The notes under the pieces were generated by a model, which worked only from the letters and a program-made list of their open reading frames with translations, did no database searches and had not been told where the DNA came from. Shown here in pieces: positions 24,631 through 40,063 of a DNA stretch of 64,000 bases. The DNA comes from Owenia fusiformis. Its lineage: Eukaryota. Position 1 is the first letter of the stretch. Each line of letters opens with the position of its first letter. Location: NCBI GenBank assembly GCA_903813345.2, contig CAIIXF020000001.1, positions 38,130,001 through 38,194,000 on the forward strand. Reading direction: 5' to 3'. Made by a program: the position numbers and the translations under genes.

Positions 24631-27600
24631 AAGACTTATTTATATAGGTTTATATGTTAACTGATTTTGGTGCTCTTAAAAGAACAATACCCATGAGTGT
24701 TGCTAAACTGATTTCATCATGTTTGACAATATAAATGACTCTATTCATTAATAAATGTGCTATCATAGTGAACAAGAGATAAGCAGGTTTGGTTAGTATT
24801 GTTCAAGATAACGTTCTAGTGCAAAGGTATTGGATGTAAGTTTGGTGCGCTGTACCACCAGTTCATCACTTGGCCAAAATATTACACTCTTAATTCACAT
24901 TTATTTCTCTCTTTTGCTCCATGACCTGAATAAAGTATATCATTTTCAGTTATAGAACACAGTTTAGAGGCTTAACCATATGGCAGTTTACTTTTCTCGT
25001 TGTTAAATCTTTTTGTCTTCTCTCTATTATACAGAAAAATATGTGTCTATCTTGAGATTTACGTATGGATGTATACTGTTCTCCCAGGTTCATAAGTACA
25101 TTGATTATGTTGACAACACTGGAGTGGTCTTTGACAAGATAACATAAGAAAAAGACAATGTAGTTGCTTGAGTGTTCTTATAACTCTTATGTCCTATTGT
25201 CTCAGACAATTAACTGTGTCAGTGTCTAATTACGCATTGGTTTAGTTGCGCATTTGCATGTTTCTTCCCTGTTTCATGCCAACTAGACACAGCTTAACTC
25301 TAATTGTCTTTATAATCCCCATTGGCTTATTACTAAGCAGAACCGGCACACAACTTCCACAAAAGAGGTGATTACAATATTGGGAAAATATTTTTACGAT
25401 TCTCGTTTGGTTTGAATAATTGAGCAGTCTTTTTTACATTGAGATTCAAACTCACATCATTGAAGAACTAAATAAAATAGAAATCCAGAATTGAGAATAT
25501 ATGTGATATAGGCTTTGAATTCTTCAATAGCTTTAGAATTGGGAGTAAAATGTTATTTTAATGGTCAGTTTCTCTTATTTATTATGCATCAGTAGATCCA
25601 AGAATCACTTGCTCAAGGAAAAGGTCTCTTGATGTTCACGTATTATTGTGTACACTTAATTCTGAGATAAACATAACTATGGGTCATTGTGACATCATCA
25701 TCATCACGGTTTCTGCATAATTCCCAGGCATTACAATTGCTTATCCTATTAGATTTTCTCAGTAAGATTATATTACTTATTGTTTCTAATTAATGATTCA
25801 ATAAAGTTAACTGCCCGAATTAGTCTTGCCCCAAGACCACTCTGACTGAGAAGAGGTAGTCTTGCTTAAGACCCTGGACCCCTCCCCCCTGGTCTATATG
25901 TTGTGTTGGTGAATGAAGTACATAATACAGGGGGAAGGTCCATAGTCTTGAAGCAAGACTAGAGAATAAGGGGGAGGGTGGGGAGTTTAATGTGAGACTA
26001 TGCTCAAGTTTAACTTCATACATATATGCTATGGTATGGCAAGAGGACACGAGAGGAAGTGTTTGATTATTACAGGATATTATTTAAGATATATCAAGGT
26101 TTTTGATTTTTAGGATACTCTCTCTTGCTTTCACGTGCATATATGTTGAGATTGTTGAATATGAAATTTAAAATAGATTTTTTTATCCAAAAATCGTGTC
26201 ATTTAAGTAACCTTAAGTAGGATAAACAGCTTACTTACATGCATTTTAAACATTTTGCATGATCATGTTTAAATCCATTTGTTTATCCCCCTGAGTTTTT
26301 AAACTGATTACATATGTGATTATATGTTTTTTGGCCACAGCTCAGCAGATAATGCTCAGTCCTGGGGTGAGTAAGTAATACATCCCACTTCAACAATAAA
26401 GTTTATGATCAAGAACAAGAAAGCAAGCTGGGTTATTTTGCAGAGCATGTAGTTAAAGTTTACCTTAACTCAGTTGGTGTTTTCTTTTATTTTTATTGAA
26501 TTAATTTCTACGATCATGTTCACTTACTTCATGTCAAATTGTATATCAACACTTTAAATCTGATTTTTAGTTAGGCTCCCGCAAATTTTGAATTATTGAG
26601 CTTAAAGTATTATCCATAAAAATAACAACAGTAAATTAGATTTTCTGTGATTAAATTAAATTTTGACGTCCTTGATTTTAATCTTAATTTTAATTATGCA
26701 GTTTTCATAGTGTCAGTTTTCTCTTCCTGAGATATCTCTAATCAAAGGCTCCAAAGTTTTATACAGGAAGTGAGATAATTGGTTGACTTGATTACAATGC
26801 AATAAAGCATACAGGGAAAGGTGATAGACGCATGTTGATAGAGAAAGGTATGAAAATACGGTAGCATATGGTACTAAAGCCTACGTATAAACTGCTCATA
26901 TTTTTGAAGACTACTTCCAGCTTATAATCAGAACAGATTAGCCTAGAATCGCTTATCTGACATGATATTATTCATAATAATTATTTGATAGATTGAGAAA
27001 ATGAGGCAAAGTACCATCTTGGAGATCTAATGTATGAAGTTTCTTAGTAAGCATGATACTCTGTAATTATTTTCATTTTGAAAGTCGTTCTATATGTTCT
27101 TTGAAATGGTGCATACTGACGGGTGACTTTTCAATTTCCTTTCCCGAGAATTTGATTTGTGATTCACAATATTTCAAGAAATGTATCTTACATCATTAAC
27201 AATCAATATTCAGTTTTCTTATTTTTTGCATATATGAAAGTCCGAGATGACCTTAATACGGATATTATGCAATGTTGACTATATTTCATCCTGCACTATG
27301 CTTACTATAAAGTAGGTTATCTCTCACTGATTGAAGCATGTCTGTTTCTAGAGATTAGTAGGATATAATTCTATTATGTAATCTTCTATCTTCCCCCTGG
27401 GTGGTTTGCCCTAGTTTGTTTTGCTTGTGATAATTAAAACCAAAAGAAACAGTAGGACTACCTACAATACAGGGACAGATTTAAAAGGGGGCATTTCAAA
27501 CTCTAGTTTTCAACAATTCTTCTTCAGTAATATAGATCTTACCCAATATTTCATTTTTGTAATCATGGTTTGAAGGCTGCATGTACTTGAACCCATCAAA

Positions 27601-28776
27601 GTAATCATCACTAAAATATTGTTAAAGAAAAAATAATACATCCAGAACATAGGTTTGGGAAGTTAGTTGAAGCATCGACTTATTTGAGTCGTTGTGGTTA
27701 AAAGTATGTCCTTTAGTGCACCTCTTTCTACATATTCAACCTACAAGGTACATAATCATATATTTGCTAATTCTGTTAATTCTTCTTTTTCTAATTAATG
27801 CTTTTATTTATGATCTCTATTGATTAATCAACAATTATATTTGAATTTTATTTGAGAATGTGAAAGTCCTTTTGAAACGATCCCTTTGTGAACATGTGAA
27901 TTTACATGAGATAAGAAGATATGCATCACACCAATCTATGATACATAATACATGTACTAATATATAAGAGAAGCAAGAAGGGGGCTAAGATTAAACATAT
28001 TAAGCCTTCTATTATCACTTTGATCACACATGAGACAAGGATACCCCTTAGTCACTAACCCAGTGGAAGACTGTCAAGGAAGACATACAACAGTGCTCCA
28101 GCAAATCAGGATCAAGGCAAAAAGACAATTAATTGCCAGGACACATTATAGATATTGTCATTCTTCTTATGGATCTGCATTTTTATTAGAAGTAGTTAAT
28201 ATTTACAACATTTGCAGAGATCCAGGTAAGATGTTCATTGTTTTTTTCTTTTTGGAGTTTTTGTATTTAGTTGTTGTTATTACTACTTCTTAGGATAACA
28301 TATACCATAGTTTAAAAGAGTATATATAGGTTTCAAGGATTTTTGTAAAGAAGGACTCAATATCACAAATTCAAAATGTGAATATATATATATATGACTA
28401 TATGATACGTAAAAATTGTCAACCTGCCAAAGTGAATCATTTCAATAACTACTGATTAGAGTATCAAAAAATGAGGTGATAATTGATTATAGACTATTGT
28501 TTTCATAGTGATTACAAGCAATATTGTGCTTAGTGTCATAACAACAGGTTCCTATGATCATAGCTTTAACATCTTCTCATGAGTCTACTACATGCGGTTT
28601 TCCATCGTAGATCTAGCTAATTTCTTAACTGGCTTTTTCATATATAGGTAAATCTGGATAGAAATATTATATAGTATTATCTTTTTGGTAAATAGTGTGG
28701 ATGGACTTTTAATTTGGGCTTTACTAGTTGAAAAGGTATGTTGTCTTTTGTATTAATTTAACTATTATGATGGATG

Positions 28777-29171
28777 TAGAGTCCATTTCACTGCTTCATT
28801 TCGTCAGTAGAACGGCAAAAATAAGAAATTGGGAGACTATTGTGCAATAATATATGGAAAAGTATATTCATAATGTACATGAATGACATTTGTATATTTC
28901 AGATTTTTTAGTTTTTTGTGCAATAAGCCTGTGCCGTCTTGTAATTTGAAGAATTTCGGCCATGTTAATCTTATTGAAAATAACATGGCAGAGAAACATC
29001 CAAATATAAGAGGCCACACACTTTATAAGCCAAACTAGAAGCAATCCAAGATATACAAATGTCATTCATGTACATTATGAATATACTTTTCCATATATTA
29101 TTGCACAATGGTCGCCCAATTTCTTATTTTTGCCGTTCTACTGACGAACTGAAGCAGTGAAATGGACTCTA
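28777..29171. mobile_element. Foldback/MITE with 121-bp inverted arms (TAGAGTCC...GGACTCTA)
   Basis: 28777-28897 is the reverse complement of 29051-29171 with 3 mismatches counted; the terminal TA may be the TSD. Confidence 0.9.
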
Positions 29172-32100
29172 GTATAACAATTTGTTAAACAAATTAACTT
29201 GGAAAAGTTCAATCTTTTCTGTATAAAGTCTTATTAGTGTAATAATCTTTTCATAGAGACTTGAAAGTTCAAGTTGTTAACATTCTAAGAACTTATCTAA
29301 GAATAGAATTGATGAGGTCCTGAAGTATTATATCTGCTGACACTCTTAGATCTTAGGAGACATACCCTGCTATTATCAGCTCATACTCAGCCCTCTAACT
29401 ATGATAGATCATTTTACAGTTTGGTATTCAGCCAATCAGAAAATGCAGATGGTCGTGCTAGTATGTTTACACATTTATATTACCATCTTTGAGAACAGTA
29501 GAATCTGTTTGGCTCATTGAGTTCATAGGTTTATCAGTAGCATTAAGAGTATGTGACAAAGTAGATAACTCTTTCAAGGGTAGGAAAGACAGAAAGAAGA
29601 CATAAAAATGATGTGACATAACTGGACAAAGTGATTCAAGCCCTGAGATACTGAGAAAAGGAAGCAGGCAATTAGCCGAGCATCTCTATCGAATTTACCG
29701 ACATGAAATTTCATTTAGCTTGATGAAAGGAGGTTAATAACATTTCTTTTGATATAAGGAGGGGTGCCATCTTCTTAGTCTTGAAAGGGGTGAAGATAAG
29801 TGAGTGGCTTTATGTTTTATTGGACTCAGTTGCGAATATGTCTGATGAAGGATCTCTTGAAGAGCTCTAATTGCCACATTAGGTTTACATTGTTGCCTGC
29901 ATGCTCAGGATACATTTATCTTAAAGGAAATGTAATAGAAAAATAAATCTTTACAATGAATTATTTTTACTCAAGACTGGTGATTTTTATCCTTGGTAAA
30001 AGCTTGATTTAATGTACATGTATGTTCTTGATAATTCAAGAAAAGAGATAATTCCTTGAACCAACCAATATGCAGTATTCAGGGTGTGCCATTAGAACAT
30101 CTTTACACTTTACATTTTATTTTACATAATAGGAACTTTAAGCTACCATAGACATCTCTCATTAAGGGCTATGGAAGCTACTTCAAAATGATGAAGATAT
30201 GTAGGTAGATATAAATTTCAAGGCACGATATTTTCTAAAATGCCACCAGGTCTGTAAAATAGATCTGGTATATTAAGTGAAACATAATGTAATTTCTGAT
30301 GATCGACTCTCACTTACTAAAAGGTAGATTAACTTCTTTACCTGATTAAAGTACTTTCCACACTTAACTCCCATTGAATTTAATGAGCCAATTTTGAAGG
30401 GTCTTTCACATGGGTTTATTGGCGGTTCAGGCCTTAATGTAATCTCATTGGTCTCTTATAGGATTATCTCATGGATTATGATGTAATGGGACAATTGAAT
30501 TTGGGGCTCAGTTGTCTGACTTTGCGTGCAAATGGACATCATTGAACGCAACCTGAAATCAACCAAATGTAAATGCTAACTTGGAAATAAATTTGTGTTA
30601 AAGTTATCAAAGCTAATTGCGTACATGGGAAATGGCCAGTTTCGGAATGTTTATGATGCATGATTAGATTGGATATCAAAGTGAAAGAATAATTTAGGAG
30701 AACATCATATTTCATGAATGAAGCCTCATGCTGCTCCAGTCATTACATAAAGGGAGTGTTCTATACTTTTAAGTAAGTAAGTTAAGGCATTATTTGGATT
30801 AGTTTATATACTATTAGAGGTTGTCATCTTAAAGATGTTTGTGACAGGTAATCTCTCTTTTGGTGATAGAGATTGGCCTTTATATACATATCCAGCATTT
30901 GATTGGTTGGATGATTCCCCCAATCTGTGTCCGTGAATCGTCACTCATCTTTGAATCGTCATCAGTCATACTGATTGGTATGGTGAAATATGGTGATCTA
31001 TTCAATGCAATTTAGGAAGCATTGATCTTTTGTTTAAATCAAAAAGAGCAATTCTTATTCATTGCATTGAAGTGCAGTATCTAAGGTGTGAACTGGGTAG
31101 CTCATGTATCTTATCTCTAGGCCAAGTGGCTAAAGAATATGTTGAGTTTTATAGGTTATAGGTTGAGATAGTACCAAGTATAAACCAGCTAGCTTATCGC
31201 TTACTTGTCAGCAGGAATCAAATTAATGGTCACTATTTTGATTCTCTTCTTATTGTTATATTATCTCTCAAACACAAGGATTTTTTAATGTGCTATCTTT
31301 ACCTTGTAAGTATTAAAGTTAGATTTCATGATTTATGCTTGCTTCGATATTGTAACTTTCTTTTCAAATATAGTTTTATTTCAAAAATATTTTTATTATG
31401 ATAGTACATATAGAGTAGTTAACAATCAGTTATAGTCATCAAAATATCTACTAAGATCCTGCACATAGTACCTGATAATACGCTACTTATTTTTAAGGGT
31501 TTATTATATTGAATTGATTTAGCTAAGTCAGTTTCACTTTATGTTGCTAGTTTCACTTTGAACTTTTGTCCATTGCCGGAACTACTTTCTTGAGTAGATT
31601 GCCTCTCAGTTTGGCTTTTATATACATAAGGTTGCTGGATAAGTGGGTTTAGTCAGCCTACTTATTTATATGAAATAACTGTGTTTGCGTGACATAACAA
31701 TACCAACAATTTCTTTTGTGCTTATTCAGATGCAAATGAATTTGATATCGTCCTTGAAGATATGAAAACTTGACCAAGATTTTAATATTTTTGCAAGAAA
31801 AGTAATATTATAGATTTTGATAATTTTATGCAATTAAAAACATAGAGAGGAAGAATCTATATAATTTTCTGCATTAGCATATTTTGTACTTTATTTAACT
31901 ACTGTACATCATCAGTATTACATTAAAATGAAAGTTGAATTCAAATTCACTCAAATAAGGAAGTTAATGTTTTATCTAAATATTAAAACATGGGATCAAA
32001 TAATGAACTGGGATTTCCTGGCTAATCCTCTCGTTAGCATGTAAACTTACTTGCTTTTCAAACTAGAATATTATAAAGTACTACTGTATATCACAAAATC

Positions 32101-33719
32101 TCCAGCCATACATAATTTACCTGAATAAGCAGTTAACTGAAGATGCCAGAACAAAGACTGAACATGCTTTTAGAAATGAGGTAAGAAACAGCTTCTTTCA
32201 CAGAGATTTATGTTTTCTAAATAATTAAGATCACTGTTTATTATTAATTTCAAAACAAACATGTATGCTTGATTCTTAATGTGTTGACTTTATATGTATA
32301 ATTTTCAAGACTTAAGCACCTGTTCATAAAAAGCTTAATTAAAAAATTCTCATCATTGTCTAGATGGTTAATATGTACATTAACACACATTCTTTTTGAT
32401 TTTATTTCTCCAACACTTCTCATGTAATCTCAATCAAAAGGTGCATAAGTTCAAATGTGCAACGTCATGAAACTTGCACTGGTCTTTACAGCAGAATCCA
32501 GGCTCTGCCTATATGATTAGGAATTTGATGCACGCCATATATAATGTACCAGTTTGTGTTTCTTGATGGACAGTCCCATCAGGACAGGTGGAATATGCTA
32601 GCAATCTATAAACTCACACTGGGAGTCTAATGGAAACTTTCACCAAAATGTTCTCTTGTAATTAAAATACGGTCATATCCCCTGTTACCATGCATACCAG
32701 CAACTGATCTATGAGCATGTGCAATCAAAGTTACCCTTTACCAGAGTCTGATGCCATCTTGATATTTTAAATAAAACATATATGCAATATTTAGGATCTC
32801 GTCCATACGTATTCAGATTTTATAGTAAAAATCATACTTAAATATTTTAACTAGTATTCAATTCATATTTAAATGCACATTAAGGCAATAAGAGATCCAT
32901 TTGAGATCATTAGGATATTATCAGGATAAAAGCTGTAAAATCATCTGTAAATATCAGAGGGGAGTGTGATTATATTAGAGGCTGATAGCAGGGTAATTAA
33001 TAAAAAGAATTTCATTTTTGGTTAAGTGTCAGTAAGGTGGCAAGGGCAGGGGTTAGTTGCTCCTTGAAAAGGATTTGACACGAGACACAGGACTTTAAGG
33101 AAGTTTACAGGTAAGGTGTATTACTATATTATTCTCTATAGCAACCACATTTGTTATTGTCTTTTTGTGACATATGTCATGACATATTCTTTGTCATAAA
33201 GTATATGCATTGTCAAAAAAGCTGAGGTCAAAGTTTTTCGTTTTGTTGTTTCTGGAGGTGGTTTCTCAGAAAAGTTATATATCATGATTCCTTACAGTCA
33301 AAATGACATGTTTAGTGACAACTTTGAATCTAAAAAATAAGCAATTGAGAGATTCTGTTATATATATATTTCAATAAGTAGGCACTGCTCTGGGGAAGTA
33401 AATCACAGTTAGATCACACTTTGCCATGGAGTTGTTCTGATCTTGCGAGTTGACGTTTAATTTATGGTGCCCCTCGGCAATGTTACTCAGCAACCAGGCA
33501 CACCTGAACATTCTAGGTGAATTAGATGGTTTATCTCCTCCTAGAGAACAGAGGTCTTAGAAAAACAGATTCATCTTTGTTTTAGTAGCAATCCATGTTA
33601 AGTTTTGAGCTATAAAAATGTTTATTTGCTGTTTGTTGCATTTCTTTGAAATGACAGGCTTTATATATTTGAATTGATTTCATCAAGGCTTAATATTTGA
33701 TTGTAACTTGAATATGCAG

Positions 33720-34081
33720 AAAACATTGGTTGCATTGTATCTATTTAATCATACATATTGCATATATTCAAAACATTGGTTGCATTGGATCAATTTAATC
33801 ATACATATTGCATATATTTAAAACATTGGTTGCATTGGATCTATTTAATCATACATATTGCATATATTCAAAACATTGGTTGCATTGGATCTATTTAATC
33901 ATACATATTGCATATATTCAAAACATTGGTTGCATTGGATCTATTTAATCATACATATTGCATATATTTAAAACATTGGTTGCATTGGATCTATTTAATC
34001 ATACATATTGCATATATTCAAAACATTGGTTGCATTGGATCTATTTAATCATACATATTGCGTATATTCAAAACATTGGTT
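33720..34081. repeat. 50-bp minisatellite x7.2, nearly homogeneous
   Basis: Unit aaacattggttgcattggatctatttaatcatacatattgcatatattca. Confidence 0.95.
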
Positions 34082-35122
34082 ACATACATGATTTTTACAT
34101 CAATTGTTTATATTGTTAATATGGAAATCAGTCTTTTGGAAAACAAATTATTTGTATTTATTGATTCAGAATCAATACTCTTTATTTGCCCATAACAGCC
34201 CTAAGAGCTCACCATTTGTAAATACAGACAGCTCATTACTAAAGCTATGCAATGCACTTCAGGAGATTAATAGTATTTTTTGGCAATTTGTAAGAAGAAT
34301 GTGTCTCAGAAATTGTGTTCTACAAATGTTTTTCCCACTTTCCAATCTTATCTTATCTAGTTTTATGTATCCAGTTAAGTTATCTATGATTAAGCTATCA
34401 ACACCTTCCTTTCTCTAATCACACACTAAAACAATGATTTACTGATGCAGGGATTCATTATTAAAACCTGCAATTAAGAGGATATCTGTAATAAAAACAA
34501 TTGTGCCTATAATTTTTCCTTTCTCAGCTCTAAAGGTGGTATTCATGCACCAATCTTTATAGTGTGAGTTGCTTATGTATATGTTTATTTAAGTATTCTA
34601 TACTTGAATCTTAAGATCCCAGGGAGCCAACTTTCTTGCTCATATTTTATGTTTTTTTGGAAACAACTTCACCTATTTTTTATAATATGATTGGTTGGAG
34701 CAGGTTCACCCAATGTTTATGTAGCTGTGGGGAATTTTCTGATTCACTAATGTATTTATGAGAAAATGTACATCAGGAGAAAATGTATTTGTGGAAAAAC
34801 ATTTAGTGTTGACAATGGTTGGAATTATTGTAGCCTATTCCTCTAAATGTGCAGGTTCTGCAAGCCTTAATCCTCTGCGCTTTTTATATTCATCTTTGAT
34901 TGACCTTTTCATTGTAAATGGCATATCTTGAATTAGACGCTGAAAGTAGTCTTTAAGTATCAGTGTCCGTCGTTCCTGTTATTTATTGTAATTTCACATG
35001 TTTCTTCGTCACTTCAAAGACTGATGTAATTTCCCTACATCTTAACATTTCATTGAACATGCCAGCAAGACTTTGAGGATACTTGAGAATATTTTCAAAG
35101 CAAGCTATGAAATAGTTTCATT

Positions 35123-35393
35123 TACCCTGCGTGCCGTCCAGTTATAAACTACCCTCTGCCTAGTATAGACTATATTACAGTTCATCGGCCCTTTCTCAAC
35201 CAATCAGCGAAGTGGAAGGAACACATGCTCATTAACTATGCGGTTATGTCATAGGAAATGACCATATAGAAAGTCGTCCGTATTTTGACGACAAATTCTG
35301 ATTGGCTCGGTGAGATCAGAGATTTATTGTAAATTGAAAGAGTGAAGATGAAGCTCTCTTTTAAGAAGTGAAGTCAAACAAATGCAAAGGGTA
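35123..35393 (-). mobile_element. MITE family A copy 3 (reverse orientation, diverged)
   Basis: Right end is the reverse complement of the copy 1 start (gctctcttttaagaagtgaagtcaaacaaatgcaaagggta); decayed TSD agtttcatt/aacttcatt (7/9). Confidence 0.85.
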
Positions 35394-38266
35394 AACTTCA
35401 TTAGACATATCCATAATATATTTGACATTTTTCTGTTTACTTTAGTCTGTTTTTAACTTTCAGAATGTGGGAATGTAGCATACATCAGTGACAATGCAAG
35501 TGTTTTCTTATTACATCGTTGCGTTAATGTTTAATAGACCGGATGGCTATCAAAACATATTGCTGCTTAACTTGGCCCTAGAGATGAAAAATAAAGACAG
35601 ATTAATTATTCATTATACTATTATCCAATGATAGATAGACTGAACCCTCGGAGTATCACAGATGATTTGATAGTTTTAGTTCTGATGACATCTTAATAAG
35701 CTCAAATGTAGCTTTCAAGTTGGAGTTAGAATGTTAAAAGAATATCTCCAATTCTTGTGTGATGTAATAGTAGAGAAGAACAAGTTCCTGCAAGTGTTAG
35801 TCATTGAAAAGTTTTAGCAAAATGTTTGTGAAATGTTTGATAACTGAAAATTTATTTATGAATTTAGATGAAAGCATAATGTATTTGGCTTCATCCTATC
35901 TTATCATTGGAAATTACATAATTATCTTCCAAAGATAACACTTCATTAATTAATACCAGATTTAAAGAGTGTAAAACAAATGATAACTATCCATAATATC
36001 TCTGATATCAATACAGTAGCTATTAATAACTTGGACCATAGGTACATCCGAAATCAGATACCTCACATGTTCCCAAAATCATATGTTGATTTTATGTTAT
36101 CATAAGTTCACTTCAGGGGAAGAAAAACATACAGAAAAATATTCTCCTGATTGTTTAATTATGCCTTAAAGATCTGGTTATCTGGTTATAAAAAGCTGCT
36201 ATTTGGCAGGTATCTGGGTTAAATTCCCCCCATGATCACCTGTATGTGATATTTTACAAGTTTATCACTCATGTGAGTCTAAGCGGCCATTTTGAATTAA
36301 TATCATGATTTTGCATCTTATGATTATGCCACAAAAGTAGTCGATCTTAAGCGAGAATTCCGTTCTATTTGTAAATGACAGATTGATTAAAAGAATATAG
36401 AATCACTAGGTAAGGTGTATTGTTGAGGTTGGGGATTATTGCGACGATTGTGAACATACTCGGAAGATATGGCATGCAATCCCAGAATTAATACCTCCCT
36501 TGCTAGCCAATAATTAAGCACTTTGTAGAATTTATTGCCTCGATTGAACGCTCGGCAAATATCCTAATATCCAGTCATTACTAAACACTTATTAGTATGA
36601 TGCATGTTATGCCGAGAGGGCCTTTGTTATGATTGATGAATATTCGTTATCAAATTATTTCCCAGTGAAAGTCAAATTCCAAGCATTTCATGAATTTCTA
36701 TTCCATTAATTTGAAATAAATGGTTGTAAAAAGCATTGTGTAATCTATTTATAGTATATTATAACATAATGTTCATAGAAAAATCTATTGATAAAAGTGA
36801 ATGTATTAACTACCTTGTCTATTGTAGTGTTTTGGTAAAATAGGAAAGCATAAAGGAATATAAATAAGCACTGTTGACAGGGGTGTCTCAATAGATGATG
36901 TAGGTGTGGTGGAGGTGAAAGGTGTGTGGTATTATGTAGGGGTGAGGTTGAGGTTAGAAGCTCTTGAGGTAGAGGCCTGTAGGTAGGGAGGTAGATAAAA
37001 CAAAGGTGGGACGATCGTCACTAACAACATGGGGGTGTTACATGTTACCTGTGCATGATTGCCTTATTCCATGTTGTCTAAATATCTAAATATAATCCAT
37101 TATGGTATCTCCTCTTAGTAATTTCTGACCATTTGATCTACCTTTGCAGAAATCTCCCAGTATGTTGCCTAGAGAACTTTCTATATATATGTAGGAAGTA
37201 AAAGTAGCAATGGATCTTCAGATGTAGGCCATAGGCTTCCCGAGATTGTCTCTCTCTAGAGAACACTCCTTTAATACATTTACCTCTCTTACTGGGAGAT
37301 GGTTCTCCTGTGAAAATCGAAACATTGAAAGTGATAGTATTTTGACAGGCTTTTGGCTTCTGGCTCTTCTACTTCCAAATAAATGTTTTGTTTATTGGGA
37401 TTTTGAGTTGTTGAATTTACCAAACAAAATACTCATTTATAGTGCACTGACATAACTTTTCTAGTGATAACATTTCACACTTCTTAAAAAATCATTATTT
37501 TAATGAATACCATCAGTATACATCTAGAACTAACATTTTAGAAACTAATGATTAATTTGAAATTGCGTTTTTTGCTTGGCCTCAGCTAGATTGGTTTAAA
37601 TTCTCAGGATGTTCTCTTAAATATGGCAACCCTCAAATGAATTCACAACCCATAATATAAGAAACAATCTGTTTATTCTCTTCATAAAAGTAAATTACCT
37701 AAAAGGTAAAATTCAATTTCAGTTATTCGATCAAGTGAAAAAGTAAAATCCATGTGATGTGATACTTCTGGATAAAGGGAGGTTGGGAGGTTATGTTTTT
37801 CAACTGCAAAGGTATACATAGATACATCAGGTAACCTGATACATGTAGGCTAATAGTAACCCCACCTCCAGAAAGAAGAACTTAGTGCTTTACAGAAAAT
37901 TCAGAACTGATCAAATTATTTTTTATTTTACACCGTCTTAGAGTGATGCCTATAGGTAGAAAACTTAACTCATTAGTGGATTTTAGAGCAGCTTCCGCAA
38001 ATTCAAAGTATTTAATTTCGATGATGTAAGATAGTATTAGAAAATATAAAAGCACTTTACTTAATGCAGATAAGCATTTAGAGTGTTTATTTTTATACAG
38101 TTCAGGAAGTTGAGAAAGCTTCCATTGGCATACTGATGATAAATTGTTCACTATAAAAGCAATCATGTCATTCCCATACATACCTCCTACATACTGATAG
38201 GGGGTTACAGATGTGACACAAGACTTTCCAATTTTTTCCTCTTGTTTTCCATACTCCCTTATATAG

Positions 38267-38365
38267 TTCAATTCAATTCAATTTATTTATTTCATAATTC
38301 TTATATAGTATGCACTATAAAAATAAGCCGCAAGACACCCGAGTGGGTATATGTTGCGGTTTAAC
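38267..38365 (-). mobile_element. 3' end of a non-LTR retroelement (stem-loop plus AATAAA and (TTGAA)n tail)
   Basis: Minus strand ends aataaataaattgaattgaattgaa; upstream hairpin ccgcaa...ttgcgg. Confidence 0.4.
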
Positions 38366-40019
38366 AGAAATTTTTAAAATGACATCTAGTCTACATGACT
38401 ACATTATGTTACATGTAGGTATATAAAAATGGTATTTTTAGTTCACTAGTTAGTTGACACTTGATGCAAATCCTAGTCTCAAATATTCTATAACCTCTGT
38501 GGCATAATCATTTAGGGATTATGTTACAGATTCTGAGATAGTTTGTTTTGTAACTCAACATGGAGCAGGCGGCATCACAACATGATGTTAGATTACTGCA
38601 TCTTGTGTCAGGTCACATGCTAGGTCACTGGGGGCTGTGAGCACATGCTTCGGGATCAGCTTCCTTTGGAAATTTCCTCATTTTTCATATTAGATTCAAT
38701 ATCATGTTTTACTTATTGGCTATAATAATCATACCCTTTTTCAATAAATTTGGTTAAAACTGCTTCATTTTTAGCTTTACTATAACGAGCATATTGTTTT
38801 TAAGAGTAAGATGTAAGAAACATCAAGGTATCATATTCATTATGTTAGTATGAATGTGTACAGGACCACTCATATCTTGTCATATTGTTGATTGAAATGG
38901 TTATATTAAACTCTAAAACTACAGTACCATCTAAAAATCACCAGGTACACCCGTCAGAGAAATCATAGTCCTCATTGATTACTTTCCACCTACATCAGGC
39001 CTTTATTGGCTCTGATTGAATACAAAGAAAAAAAGTAAATAGTTTCCTCTTCATGTAAACCAACAGGGAGGGGACATTTCTCACACTGGACATCTTTACC
39101 TTGTATACCATCTACAAATGCTCATCCAAATAGCTGAATCTCCCCATGAGATTATGTTCACTTAGACTGTCTGTAATACCATTAGTATCCTTTGCACTGG
39201 TGATGTGGCTAACCCTATTTGACAGCTAACTGACAGAGACTAGCAAGAAGTATGCCGTATTAGTCATGCTGGCAATAACGTCTTGTTGACTATGCTCTCA
39301 GACTCCAGCGTATGAAGAGAATCTAATATATAATAGGCTATTCATTAATGCAAATGCTCTAATGTAGTTGTAGAAGCTGGAGATTTCACAAGGCTTCTAA
39401 AGAGTAAAGAAATTATGAGATATAGATAGACATAGAGATCTGCATATTGAGTAAGAGGAAAATCTGGCCAAGATTTTGCTTGAGATACAAGTGTATAATG
39501 TATCTTATGATTTTGCCCACGTGCTGTTACATCTAAGCTAGTCAGTTCTTAGGGATACAGCCAAGGCAACATACACTACTTCTTTCATAAATCTTAAAAC
39601 AGGACGTGAATAGGAGACATAAGTGCACACATGCACATTGACACCTTATAGATAGTAGTTGATGTAACCAGGGAATTATACAATGACTACCAAGGGATAA
39701 GAGATACATTCAAGTGAGCTGTAGAAGAACTTGCTGGGCTAGATAATCAATTCTTCATTTTCAGCAGTATTTACTAACAACTAGATGGGGAAAACATAAC
39801 AGGCTATAATAGCTGGGTGAGTATGCTATAATTTGTGTAGACTAAGGAGGTGGGTGTTGCTAGTAGAATAATGAAGAGTGATATATCTTCTTCTTAGGTA
39901 CTTCTAACATTTATTCTGCAGAGATAAGTGCTAATCTAACAATTACAAATGGATATTTCAACAGTTTTGTTGGCTAAAAGGCATTTTGAATGTGTGTGGT
40001 AAAGTGAGGGAGGGGGTCG

Positions 40020-40063
40020 CAGGGGTGGATCTGGGCCCCTGCAAACCCCCAGATCCGCCAGTG
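40020..40063. mobile_element. 44-bp micro-MITE with 5-bp TSD
   Basis: GGTCG-caggggtggatctggg...cccagatccgccagtg-GGTCG. Confidence 0.6.

Noticed and set aside
36880..37040. G-rich strand-biased stretch as a G-quadruplex
   Set aside because: Mostly GG runs; lacks four closely spaced GGG tracts.
37882..38271. Longest ORF in the track (129 aa, minus strand)
   Set aside because: No recognisable motif, AT-rich composition and non-ATG start; consistent with chance.
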